Shown piece after piece: positions 22,860-33,050 of a stretch of DNA of 64,000 nucleotides. The translations under genes were made by a program, and so were the position numbers. Source of the DNA: Diplonema japonicum (taxonomy: Eukaryota > Protista > Euglenozoa: Diplonemea); the NCBI GenBank assembly GCA_964019335.1, contig OZ025678.1, forward strand, positions 372,001-436,000. The letters are read 5' to 3'. Numbering within the stretch: the first letter of the stretch is position 1; every line of letters begins with the position of its first letter. Below the pieces are notes generated by a model. It ran no database searches and was not told the origin of the DNA. It saw only the letters and a program-made list of their open reading frames with translations.

Positions 22860-25800
22860 TTGCCGGACGACACACAGTGGCCAGTAATACTTCCCTCTCG
22901 AGAACACATGGAAGGACTGGTACGTCTTGTGGGCGAGGTGGGAAGGAACCTCGCGGCCTCGGCAGCATCCGAGAAGATGAGGTCGTGGAGGGGGAGACTG
23001 GAGCGTGAGTTCCAGCGGGGAGGAACGCAGCTGGCGAGGATGGTAAGGGGAGATGAACCGAGATGCGGCCTTACCATGCTGCGGCGAGACGACGGCTCGA
23101 CGACAGCGGATGTGTCGGAGATAGACGATGCGTGCATCGAGGCGTGGGGTCCGGTCATGAGGATGTATGACCGCGACAACCCCGAGCCAGCATGGGCCCC
23201 TTTCGCGGAGCGTTTCGGGCGGTACGTGCCCCACCGAGAACAAGAGCTGGACGACATCACCGCGGACGAGATTAGCGCGGTGCTGAAGACGAGGACGCGC
23301 GGGGCCTGTGGGGTGGACGGATGGCGGCTGAAGGAGCTGAAGAAGATACCAACACCGTTGCTCCAGAGGCTCGCACATTTCTATAACAGGGTGGAGGAGG
23401 AAGGGGCTTGGCCCCCAGCACTCATGACTGCGCTTGTGTCGCTCATTCCGAAGGGGGAAGGAAAACGACCGCTGCAACAACGTCCCATCACCGTGACGTC
23501 GCTGATCTACAGGACATGGGCCACGGTGCGCGTGCTACGATGGCAGGAGGAATGGATTCACCCCACGCAGAGTGGCTTCCGGAAGGGAAAGTCAACGTAC
23601 AACACGGTGATGCAGATCTCGCTGCAGATCGAGGAGTCCCTCCTCACAGGGAAGCCGCTTCACGGCCTGGCCCTGGACTACGCCAAGTGCTTTGACAGGG
23701 TGCCGAGGGAGGTCACACTGAAGCTCCTGGAGACGATGGGAATGTCGGAACGAGTGCTGCGGCCTTTGAGAGCTGTCTACGGCGGGCTCCGGCGGAGGTT
23801 CAAGTACGCCCTGGGTGTGGGCCGTGCCTTTGAGACCACGAATGGTGTGCTACAGGGATGCCCCCTCTCCGTGGTGCTCATCAACGCGCTGATCAGTGTG
23901 TGGGCGCGAGCGATTGAGGGGGAGCATCCAGGCGTGCTCACACCTTCGTATGCGGATGACGGCTACCTGGTTTCTCTGGAAGGACATGCGAAGGTACAGG
24001 CGGCAGCCGACCTTACCAACGAGTTCTGCGTGCTCACTGGCATGGCACTGAACGAGGGGAAGACATTCGCCTTCAGCACGGCCAAGAAAGCGAAGAAGGT
24101 ACGGAACAGCAGGACTGGAGGCCACTTCCCTGCGACAGAGAGGGTCGCGTGTTTGGGGTGCACGCTGGTGACCACGAATAGCGCGAGACAAGTCGATGAG
24201 CGAGTACGGGCGGCGACAAGGAGGGTCGCGAACCTGGGAGGTGTCCCGCTTCCGTTCGACGTAAAGACGATGCTCCATGGATCGATCTGCACGAGCTCCG
24301 TCCTGTACAGCGCACCCTTCAACAGATGCAGTGCGGCCGCCAGGGTCGCGTACGTGGACGAGTCGGTGTTGAGCCTGTGGGGGCACGACACGGGGAGATC
24401 GAGGAGGTGCAACAAGGCGGTGCTGGTGGTTGCGGGGTACTCTCACCGCAACTACATGAACGTAGCGGAGCGGTACCGGAGGGTGCAGTTCGCTGCGGTG
24501 CAGTGCAGGAGAGATGCTGGTCTGGTGACGAGGCTGAACGAGGTGAAAGCCCTCTACGACAAGAGAGGCGTGTCACCTTCCGTTGCAGGGAACTATGCTG
24601 ACGAACGGGGTCCGGTCGGCCTTCTGGTCGCCGACCTGAAGTCAGTGGGACTGATGTGGGAACACGACCTCCGGGCTCTGAGGACCGAGAACGGAGACGT
24701 GGTTGACCCCTTGGCCATGGAGCCACGCGAGTGGGAACACTATGTGCGCGTCCTGCTGAAGAAGCAGGCGTTTGCGGAGGTGGTGAAACTGAGGCCAGAA
24801 TATGCCGGCATCGAAGGGGGCGTGGATTTTGTGGCGACGAACTCGCTCCGCAGGAAGACTGGCTCGTACGCTGTGCAGAGAAGCCTGCTGAAGATCGTGA
24901 CGGCCGGGGTCGTGACGAACGACTACCTGTCACACGCGAGCAGGGGGAACATCGGGGAGGAATGTGAGCTGTGCGAGAGTGGGGAAAGAGAGACCCGGGA
25001 ACACCTGTGGTGGCACTGTGACGCCTACGCCGACATCCGTGCCGAATATGGACTCAACGCTGAGACTGCGGCGGGTTGGCCGAGCTGTCTGCGGACCCTG
25101 GGGGTGATGCCAAAGGACTTCAACACCGGAGATCGCACCCTTCTCGCGGAGAAGGTGCAGGCGATGATGTGCGCGATCAACAGCAAGAGACTTTCCTTTG
25201 TGGACAACAAAAGAACCCTCCGCCTGCGGACACCGCCGTGGGATGCAGTGGCTGGGGTGCCGGGCACCAGGCACGAGTCCCCTTTTAGGGGCAAGTTGCC
25301 GGCGGGCGGGCTGTGGGTCTGGGACGCCAGTCATTTCTTGGCGCTGAACGACTGGCTGTCCATGCTCGAGTGGACGGACGAGGGGCAAATATCAAGTGTC
25401 GAGCTTGCCATCGACTACGAGGCGTTCTCGGGTCTTCGGATCGAGAAGACGGTAGGCTTCCGCCGCCGGACCGTAGGGACGACAGGGCCGCTGACCTTGA
25501 AAGAGAGAAGCGGTGAGCTTTACTTCATGCTGGAACGCATGAGAATGATGAGAGAGAAGTTTGGGAACGAGACCCCGCTGATACCGGCCGAGATGGGTCA
25601 AGTGACGTGCCTGGCGCGGGTGGGTGGCCCGCTGCAGCTCTACGGCTACAGGAGAAGGCCGCGGTTTGTGTCGATGGGCACGACCGCCGTCGTCGAGAAG
25701 ATCCTGCAGAAGGGTGTGAGCGAGCTGTTGGCGGGTACGACGTGGGGGACTGGCCTCTACCCCGAGTACCCCGAGACCGACCACAGCGAGCAGCACTGGG

Positions 25801-26213
25801 CAGACCTTGTTGAGAGGCTGGAGGGGAGAGAGGACGAGGGAGCGGTGCAGGACCCTGTGTACTGCCCCCCGGGGGTGCTCACCTTTACAGGGACGCACTG
25901 GACCGGGAGCACCACGTGCAGGCGACATCGGAAGCCGAAATGCGACCGATGTGGGAACGCGCCGAAGAAGGCCGCGATTACCCTGGATGCGTGCTGCCGC
26001 GCGCACCACCACGAAGCGGATGGGCTGCCCGTGAGGGTATGCGAGGCCCACTCCATGACAGTTTGCGGGAAGTGTTCGTCGCTTGTGCGATGCTGCAAGA
26101 AGCACCATGTGTGCAAAAGGCATGCGGAGAGGACTTGCTCTATATGCAAGGAAGGGACGGAACTGGTGGACCGGTTACCGTCTGCTTGCTGTGCGAAGGG
26201 CCATCATGGCTAG
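22860..26213 (+). CDS. LINE reverse transcriptase with zinc knuckle, ELAIDYE domain and Cys/His-rich C-terminal repeats
   Basis: RPITVTS, QSGFR, LDYAKCFDRV, GVLQGCPLS, YADD and CELC...EHLWWHC motifs. Confidence 0.93.
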   Translation: MPDDTQWPVILPSREHMEGLVRLVGEVGRNLAASAASEKMRSWRGRLEREFQRGGTQLARMVRGDEPRCGLTMLRRDDGSTTADVSEIDDACIEAWGPVMRMYDRDNPEPAWAPFAERFGRYVPHREQELDDITADEISAVLKTRTRGACGVDGWRLKELKKIPTPLLQRLAHFYNRVEEEGAWPPALMTALVSLIPKGEGKRPLQQRPITVTSLIYRTWATVRVLRWQEEWIHPTQSGFRKGKSTYNTVMQISLQIEESLLTGKPLHGLALDYAKCFDRVPREVTLKLLETMGMSERVLRPLRAVYGGLRRRFKYALGVGRAFETTNGVLQGCPLSVVLINALISVWARAIEGEHPGVLTPSYADDGYLVSLEGHAKVQAAADLTNEFCVLTGMALNEGKTFAFSTAKKAKKVRNSRTGGHFPATERVACLGCTLVTTNSARQVDERVRAATRRVANLGGVPLPFDVKTMLHGSICTSSVLYSAPFNRCSAAARVAYVDESVLSLWGHDTGRSRRCNKAVLVVAGYSHRNYMNVAERYRRVQFAAVQCRRDAGLVTRLNEVKALYDKRGVSPSVAGNYADERGPVGLLVADLKSVGLMWEHDLRALRTENGDVVDPLAMEPREWEHYVRVLLKKQAFAEVVKLRPEYAGIEGGVDFVATNSLRRKTGSYAVQRSLLKIVTAGVVTNDYLSHASRGNIGEECELCESGERETREHLWWHCDAYADIRAEYGLNAETAAGWPSCLRTLGVMPKDFNTGDRTLLAEKVQAMMCAINSKRLSFVDNKRTLRLRTPPWDAVAGVPGTRHESPFRGKLPAGGLWVWDASHFLALNDWLSMLEWTDEGQISSVELAIDYEAFSGLRIEKTVGFRRRTVGTTGPLTLKERSGELYFMLERMRMMREKFGNETPLIPAEMGQVTCLARVGGPLQLYGYRRRPRFVSMGTTAVVEKILQKGVSELLAGTTWGTGLYPEYPETDHSEQHWADLVERLEGREDEGAVQDPVYCPPGVLTFTGTHWTGSTTCRRHRKPKCDRCGNAPKKAAITLDACCRAHHHEADGLPVRVCEAHSMTVCGKCSSLVRCCKKHHVCKRHAERTCSICKEGTELVDRLPSACCAKGHHG

Positions 26214-26372
26214 CGGACCGCCAGGCCGCCCGAGCAGTGACTGCCTGAACAAGGCCGCGTCGCCGACGCAACGTCACCCTACACCCTGCACCCTGCACCC
26301 TACGTCCCTTTTCCTACACCCTCCCCTACACCAGGAGAGGTGCGGCATCACGCACTCTTTCCGTCTCATACA

Positions 26373-26408
<36 letters not shown>

Positions 26409-26713
26409 TATTGAAACTCACGGTCAGGACGCAGGTGTCAAAAGCAACGATGATTGGACACCGGTTCATCTAGCAGCCCTGAACGGCCACCTCGAGACAG
26501 TTAAACATCTAATTGAAACTTGCGGTCAAAACTGTGGTGTCAAAACCAACAACGATGAGACACCGCATTCTCTAGCCAAACGGAACGGACACCCCAAGGT
26601 GGTTAGATATCTGTCTGGTATTTTGAGTGAAGAGCAGCCCCCCTCTAAAAAGACATGCCCCTGAGCGCGATTTTATTTTTTAAAGAACGCTTTATGCGCG
26701 AAAGGTTTAAGCA

Positions 26714-26923
26714 ATGAAGGCAGAAGCACCCAAGAGGATGGAGGGACTCAGCAGACGAGAGGAAGTACTTATCAACCGACTGAAGTCTGGGCACCAAGAA
26801 CTGTTGAAAGAGAACTACAAGCCACGCACTTGCGAAAACTACGGACCTACAACAGAGAGAAGGCTCGAACCTCGACACCCTGACACTGAAGCCCACCCAA
26901 TGAACTTTTCCCCACCCCGATAA
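26714..26923 (+). mobile_element. Remnant of a different non-LTR element (I/Ingi-like C-terminus)
   Basis: LSRREEVLINRLKSGH followed by a decayed Cys motif (RTCENYG) resembles the pre-zinc-knuckle segment of I-group LINEs; an A-rich tract follows. Confidence 0.55.
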
Positions 26924-27470
26924 CGTGATGAAAAAAAGAAAACAAAAAAACAAAAAGCAAAAAAAGATACTGAGGTCCGGCACCCGCAGTAGCAAAAAAG
27001 AAAGAGAAAAAAGTGTAAAGTGCCAAACAACAAGTGTAAAGTGTAAAATGCCAATGCAAAGCTCGTGGAATGAGAACACTTCGAAACACTTCCAACCCAC
27101 CTAGTGGGTGCGGCCATAGCAAGGAAACACACGAAGTGGTGCAAAAGAAAATACTACCAACCCCAAAAAGAAGAAGAAAAAGAGATTCTATCTATTAACG
27201 AGAAAGTGTTCCCCTTTATTCACCCCAAAACACGTGCACTAATCCCCTTTTTATGTGTCAACACCGACCCCCCATCTTAGTCTGGATGTTCAACGTCCTC
27301 ACCACATGGTTTTTTTTCGTCCACGATGTCCTCGCACTCTGGAATGTTCCCCTACGGGGTCCTCTATGACTCCGCCTTTTTTATGTTTAACCATTAAAGG
27401 TCTTAGTAAAGTCCAGGGGCTGTGGGGCTCAAAAAGTGTCACATAGAAAATATGAATTTTTTTTTTTGTA

Positions 27471-28122
27471 CTGTAAAACGAATAATGTCGGACGGAAAAA
27501 CTCCCGGACACCAAAAAAAATCCGGACATTTTTCTGTCCGGGAGTTTTTCTGGGAAGAAGTTTTTTTACTTAAGGGGGGTAGCAGCTCCCACCACGTTTG
27601 CCTGGAAGGGTTTTATTCCTTGTGCAGACTTGTGCAGAGCCAAAATGTTCACCCTGCGTGGCAGTTTGAATTTTTCTTCCCCCTTTCAATGCACCAACAA
27701 ACGGCACCCACGGGATCTTTAACTTCTCATAAACCCGTACTTCTTTCGTCAGATTGACCAGTTCGACTACCCAAGGCACGTTGAGCAGCTGGCTTGTGAG
27801 GGGCCCAACTTTGGTGCTGACACCCCCGGCCGGCTCACCCCCGAGAGGTGGAGGAGATAAACTCCTTACACCGGGCCGAGAAGGCCAGTACAAACCCCCG
27901 AAAGCTTCAGCCCCCGAAGGGTGCTAAATCCCGTATTGGGCGACCATCTATTAAGAAAGGTTATAAATAGTGGGCCACACGAAGAAGGCTCGACAAGCTG
28001 ATTGCCTCAGGGGCAGCAAGGGAGGACAACGATGCAAAAAGGGAACCCTGGGGGTTCTTCGCGCGGTTGCTGTTTGCAGCCCAGGCCAGCATTTTTCCGT
28101 CCGGGAGTTTTTCGTTTTACAG
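27471..28122. mobile_element. Non-autonomous Tc1/mariner-type MITE with TA TSD
   Basis: TA|CTGTAAAACGAA ... TTCGTTTTACAG|TA gives a 12-bp perfect TIR, extended by subterminal GGACGGAAAAACTCCCGGAC-type repeats in both orientations. No transposase ORF. Confidence 0.8.
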
Positions 28123-28196
28123 TATTCTGAATTTTCTATTTTTTTCTTTATATGCACTGCCCCACCCCCATATTATCCCCTACTAGGAGCCTCGCC

Positions 28197-29345
28197 ATGG
28201 TGTCAGCCCGCAGGGAACCCTCTTTGTCGCATGAAAAGGTGAAGTACAAGGAGGTATACGGTGAAGGAGAAAAGGAAAGCAAGAAAGGATGGTTCAGCTA
28301 TGTGTTCCTCCCGAAGGGATACCCGTGCAGCGTGACAGAGGACTATTTGGAGTACCAGATCTGGGACAGTTTCCAAGCTCTATTTTCGGGAGTGACGGGA
28401 ACATTGGCAACAAGGGCAGTGTTCAGAGGGGTAGGTGTGGGTGAGGCAGAAGCCAGCGCCACAGCTGCAACAGTGAACTGGCTGGCAAGGGACGGTGCCG
28501 GGATGATAGGCAGGATCTTCTTTGCCTCGATGAAAGGCTCGCAGCTTGATTCCGATTCGAAACGATGGAGGCTGGCTGCCGATGTCACCAACGACATTGG
28601 TATCTTCCTTGAGATCCTGTCAAGCTACGTGGACCCCTCTCTCTTCCTGCCTGTTGTGTGTGTAGCAAGCGTCAGCAAGGCCATCACCGGCGTCGCAGGC
28701 GGAGCAACCCGCGCATCCCTTACACAGCATTTTGCAAAATCGCAAAACACAGCGGATGTCTCCGCCAAGGACGGCAACCAAGAAACCGCCATCTCCCTGC
28801 TCGGCATTCTGTTCGGCACCTTTGTCGCAACCCTTCCAGAGACCGCTGTGTTGACATGGGGCCTCTTTATCCTATTTACAATTCTGCACCTGTTGTGCAA
28901 CGTTTTCGCTGTGAGGGCGGTTGTGCTGTCCGACATCAACAGGCAGCGATTGGAGATATTACTCACAGAAGAAGAGGAACTGTCTGTAAAAGAGGTGGCG
29001 AGGAAAGAAAAGTTGCTGTGGTACAGAACACAGCCCATCGACATGGGCGCTCCGCTGTCAGAGTTCGACTCCAACGCCCTGTGCCACAAGGGGAACCCAA
29101 AAGACTTCCTGGTTTGCATTAGAAACGGGCGTGCGAAGGTGGCGCTCAGAAAAGACTCTTCGAAAATGTCTCAGATAGAAGGGTACTGTGTGGCGTGGCT
29201 CATGCTGACGGAGGAGATCGCCGAGGGGGAGGCAGCTGATATGTTGAGCGACATCGACATCGTTGCGATGTTGAAAAAGAAACAATGGGACCTGCAACGG
29301 GTTCTTCTAAACTGCGGAGAGTACCGCTACGTGAGTATTGAGTAA
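28197..29345 (+). CDS. RUSF1: RUS1/C16orf58 (DUF647, root UVB sensitive) family protein
   Basis: FLPKGYPCSVTEDYLEYQIWD, DSDSKRWRL and ATRASLTQHFA...ADVSAKDGNQET motifs. Confidence 0.92.
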   Translation: MVSARREPSLSHEKVKYKEVYGEGEKESKKGWFSYVFLPKGYPCSVTEDYLEYQIWDSFQALFSGVTGTLATRAVFRGVGVGEAEASATAATVNWLARDGAGMIGRIFFASMKGSQLDSDSKRWRLAADVTNDIGIFLEILSSYVDPSLFLPVVCVASVSKAITGVAGGATRASLTQHFAKSQNTADVSAKDGNQETAISLLGILFGTFVATLPETAVLTWGLFILFTILHLLCNVFAVRAVVLSDINRQRLEILLTEEEELSVKEVARKEKLLWYRTQPIDMGAPLSEFDSNALCHKGNPKDFLVCIRNGRAKVALRKDSSKMSQIEGYCVAWLMLTEEIAEGEAADMLSDIDIVAMLKKKQWDLQRVLLNCGEYRYVSIE

Positions 29346-29453
29346 AGTGATGTCTTTTTCTTCTATTTTTTTTTTTTTTTTGATTTTTTGTATTTCTGCA
29401 AAAACGAAGAAAATTGAAAAGTAAAAAACCAGAAGGGGGGAAAATAAAAATAA

Positions 29454-30632
29454 ATGAGTGACATTTTGGAACTTGGACCGTCGAAAAGAAAAGTCACCTT
29501 CCAAGTGGGTTCTGGAAAGACCTTCGACCTGGGCATCAAGGTGGAAGGCAATGTGAAGGTAGTGTTCAGGAAGGACCTCAGCAGCGTGCACGCTTTTATT
29601 TCAGGCGACAACCCTGTAGAGGTGCTGGCGAAGCTGACTTCCGCCGTCGGCAGCAACGATGGACAGTCCCTTCTGGAGGTGTTCGAACCAAAGCTGAACC
29701 CGAAGGACTTGGCGGAGGAGAAACAGCGCGAACTAGCCGGGAAGAAAATACACAGCTACGAGATAGAAGGATCGTTGTTCGAGGTGTACACAGGAACGGT
29801 CAGAGAACTGAAGTACATAAGCAAGAGAATGCAGTTCTTTATATCACAGCTGACAGACGGCATTGCGCTGCAGGAGGACTTCGATGCCGACGGATCGCAT
29901 GCCTTCTACACAGTGCGCAGAACAGGCGACACATGGGAAATAGTTGGGTATGCCAACGCAGACGAGGAGTACTTGTTCCCTGATACCGAACAGCTCGTCA
30001 TCCACCAGTTGTGCGTGCTCCCTGTGTGGCAAAGGCAAGGCCACGGATCAGTGCTCACCGCATGTATATGGAAACGAGCCGAGACACTGGAAATGAAAAG
30101 GGTCACATGGGAGCCCTTGCAAGAACAGAGTGAAGAGGGAGCCGACAACACCTTCGACTTCGATGGCTTCGCGCGCCCTGTGCACCTGTCGCGGATGATC
30201 AAGAAGGGCATCTTCTTGCAGTACGACGCAGCACCGTTGCGGGGCGATGCTTACACTGGCAACCCGAACTGCACCGAGTGGGAGAAGATCCGCGTAGCGA
30301 AGAGAGCTGCTTATGATAGAAGCGACGTGGACGTCAAGAAACTGGTGTGGACTCGACAGGGCGCCGAGCTTGCCGCCTCAACCCTGCTTCTCCCAGTCAA
30401 CAGCGTCCGGGAGCTCTTCGAAGTCTCGCTCCTTAAAAAGGATCGCTCTAATGCGGACGTAGCGAAGTTCATCAAAGTCCGCCTCTTCCTCATGGACCGC
30501 ATCAGGATGGCTGTGCTCACAGCCGCGGAGAGACGCGCAGAGCTGCAGAAATGCTTCGACCAGACGTATCAAGAATGGCAAAGATCTGCACTAAAGGCGT
30601 CCGCGTTGAGAAACAGCAAGATACTGCCTTAG
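29454..30632 (+). CDS. Divergent HAT1-like GNAT acetyltransferase
   Basis: YLFPD...IHQLCVLPVWQRQGHGSVL acetyl-CoA motif A in a HAT1-like context. Confidence 0.65.
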   Translation: MSDILELGPSKRKVTFQVGSGKTFDLGIKVEGNVKVVFRKDLSSVHAFISGDNPVEVLAKLTSAVGSNDGQSLLEVFEPKLNPKDLAEEKQRELAGKKIHSYEIEGSLFEVYTGTVRELKYISKRMQFFISQLTDGIALQEDFDADGSHAFYTVRRTGDTWEIVGYANADEEYLFPDTEQLVIHQLCVLPVWQRQGHGSVLTACIWKRAETLEMKRVTWEPLQEQSEEGADNTFDFDGFARPVHLSRMIKKGIFLQYDAAPLRGDAYTGNPNCTEWEKIRVAKRAAYDRSDVDVKKLVWTRQGAELAASTLLLPVNSVRELFEVSLLKKDRSNADVAKFIKVRLFLMDRIRMAVLTAAERRAELQKCFDQTYQEWQRSALKASALRNSKILP

Positions 30633-30752
30633 ATTAGATTACCCCCCCCCCCCCCCCCCTTCATGTGCAGCAAAGCTTATTTTCTATTTTGTGCAAAAAC
30701 AAGAAACAAAAGAACAGGAGGGAGGGGGGAGGAAAACCGCAGACAGCAAAAC

Positions 30753-33018
30753 ATGTCTGTGCAGGTCGGTGTGCTGTGTTACTTCGCATGCCCAAAGAGA
30801 TCGTGGACGTTGGGGAATGTGGAGTCGATAGACGAGAAGAAGAAGACCGTGACATGCAAGGCGCACAACGGGGGCGACAAGGTCGCCGGTTTGAAGGACG
30901 AAGAAATAATGGTGACGCGGGAGGACCTTTTGGACGAGAACGTTGACGATCTACTGCACCTGACCCTCCTGCACGACGCGACCATTTTGGCGGTCCTAAA
31001 AAAAAGATATCTAGAGGACATCATCTACACCAACATCGGTGCCATTGTCGTGGCGCTGAACCCTTTCAACTTCAAGATCCCACGGTACATGGACGACCAA
31101 ATGCCGAAGTACCTTGCGGAAGGGGACAGAATCGAACAGAACAGCCCTCATTCATGGGCCGTCGCGCACAACACCTACTGGGAGATGATGAACGACCAGT
31201 GCAACCAATGCATCCTCGTCAGCGGGGAGTCCGGAGCGGGGAAGACAGAAGCATCTAAAATCGTCATGAAATACCTCGCAGCATTGTCGTGCAAATCGGG
31301 CACCGATACACAAAAAGCAGCGGCCGCAGAAGTCGGTACAAAAATCAACAAATCCTCCCCGCCTTTAGAAACCTACGGGAATGCGAGGACGGTCCGAAAC
31401 GACAACTCATCGCGGTTCGGGAAGTTTATGAAGGTGAAATTCGACTCGCAAGGATTCCTCCTTGGCGCGCACATCACGAAGTACCTTTTGGAAAAATCCC
31501 GAATCGTAACAGCGTCCAAGGGCGAACGGGTCTACCACTCTTTCTACATGTTACTCAGATCCTCGGAGTACAAAAACAGCCTGCTCTTGAAAGACCAGAA
31601 ATCCTACAAATCCGTTTCTGCTGGGAAACAATGGGACAACAAAGAGTTCAACTCGTCAGAAGAATTCACAGAGGTCATCGAAGCCATGGCCACCATTGGG
31701 ATCGATCCCGCATCTATAGACGGGATGTGGTCTGTAGTCGGAGGCATCCTCCACATCTTGAACGTGGACTTCGAAGAGGACGGCGAAGGCAGTTTGATAA
31801 AATCCGACAGCTTGGAGTCGGTGGACATCACAACGGATTTATGGAAGATAGACAAAACGAAAATGGAGAGGGAAATGGTTTCTTCTGAGCTGGACATTGG
31901 TGGGCAGAAGATTGTAAAGCTTCTCCCGCCTATCAAAGCCATCGACTCCAGAGATGCGATGGTGAAGGCTATGTACGATGCGGAGTTCGGCTGGCTTGTT
32001 GAGAAATGCAATGAAATGCTTGATGTTGAAAACGAAGGGAACTGGATAGGACTACTCGACATCTTCGGCTTCGAGGATTTCGAGGTCAACTCCTTTGAAC
32101 AGTTCTGCATCAACCTTGCCAATGAAACGCTTCAAGGCCACTACAACCAGTTCATCTTCAGCAGGGACATGGCGGAATGCCGTGCGGAGGGCATCGACGT
32201 CGCAGACGTGGAGTTCCCAGACAACTCCCCTTGCCTTGTGATGATGGTCAGCAAAGGTTCCATCTCCGCCCTCCTTGACGAAGAATGCTCCCTCGGGAAA
32301 GGTTCTGACCTTGGCTTCCTTGATAAGATCACCGACGCACACGGAAGCAACCCGTTCTTCTTGAAAAAGCAACTGTCAAAGTCATCATTCATCATCCACC
32401 ACTACGCCGGCTCCGTCTCATATGAAGTCGACAATTTCCTTGAGAAAAACCGAGACACTTTGAAGGACGCCATCAAACTGTTAATGCGAGGCAGTGAAAT
32501 CCCTTTCATCGCGGGGCTCCTCCCGGCCCCGGTTGAAAAATCAGGCCCGAAGCTCACCGTCGGCGGGTTCTTCAAGTCTCAGTTGAAGGAGCTGATGGAC
32601 GTCATCAACTCCACTAACCCGCATTGGATCAGGTGCGTCAAACCGCACCCTGCCAAGAAGCCGCTCATGATCGACGGTGTCTCCACCATGCACCAGCTGT
32701 CCTCCGCTGGCGTCTTGGGCACCGTCAAGATCCGTAAAGCAGGCTTCCCTGTGAGAATACGGTTTGAAGACTTCATCCTTCGCTACGGGATCATTGCAGA
32801 AGGCGTCACGTTGAGCGATGACCCGAAAACGGCCGCTGAACAAATTGTATCCGCGTCAGGCATCGACCCCATGCGGGCACAGACAGGGAAGACGAGAGCT
32901 TTCTTGAAGTCAGACGCCTACGTCGACCTGGAACAGCTGAAACGAGACAAGCTTCAGAAGCACGCGAGAGTCGCGCAAGCGTTTGCAAGGTATATATTAG
33001 TTTTTTTTTTCGGGAAAG

Positions 33019-33050
<32 letters not shown>

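Larger units (their letters stand above)
22042..26406 (+). mobile_element. Non-LTR retrotransposon family 1 (5'-truncated APE-RT LINE) with poly(A) tail and 10-bp TSD
   Basis: CTTATTGAAA at 22032-22041 and 26407-26416; A33 tail at 26374-26406; APE, RT and zinc-knuckle motifs inside. Confidence 0.95.
19048..26664 (+). pseudogene. Ser/Thr kinase - ubiquitin-like linker - ankyrin repeat gene, frameshifted and interrupted by retroelement insertions
   Basis: Kinase motifs LGSGGQG, AMK, HRDVKPQN, DLG, GTPAYMAP and DMWALG, with a frameshift near 19654. About 18 ankyrin repeats; insertions at 20692, 21459 and 22042; last repeats and stop at 26407-26664. Confidence 0.85.

Noticed and set aside
22860-26213. 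RT plus repeats as a diversity-generating retroelement or retron
   Set aside because: The RT has LINE motifs, an APE domain, a poly(A) tail and a TSD; repeat differences are not adenine-specific.
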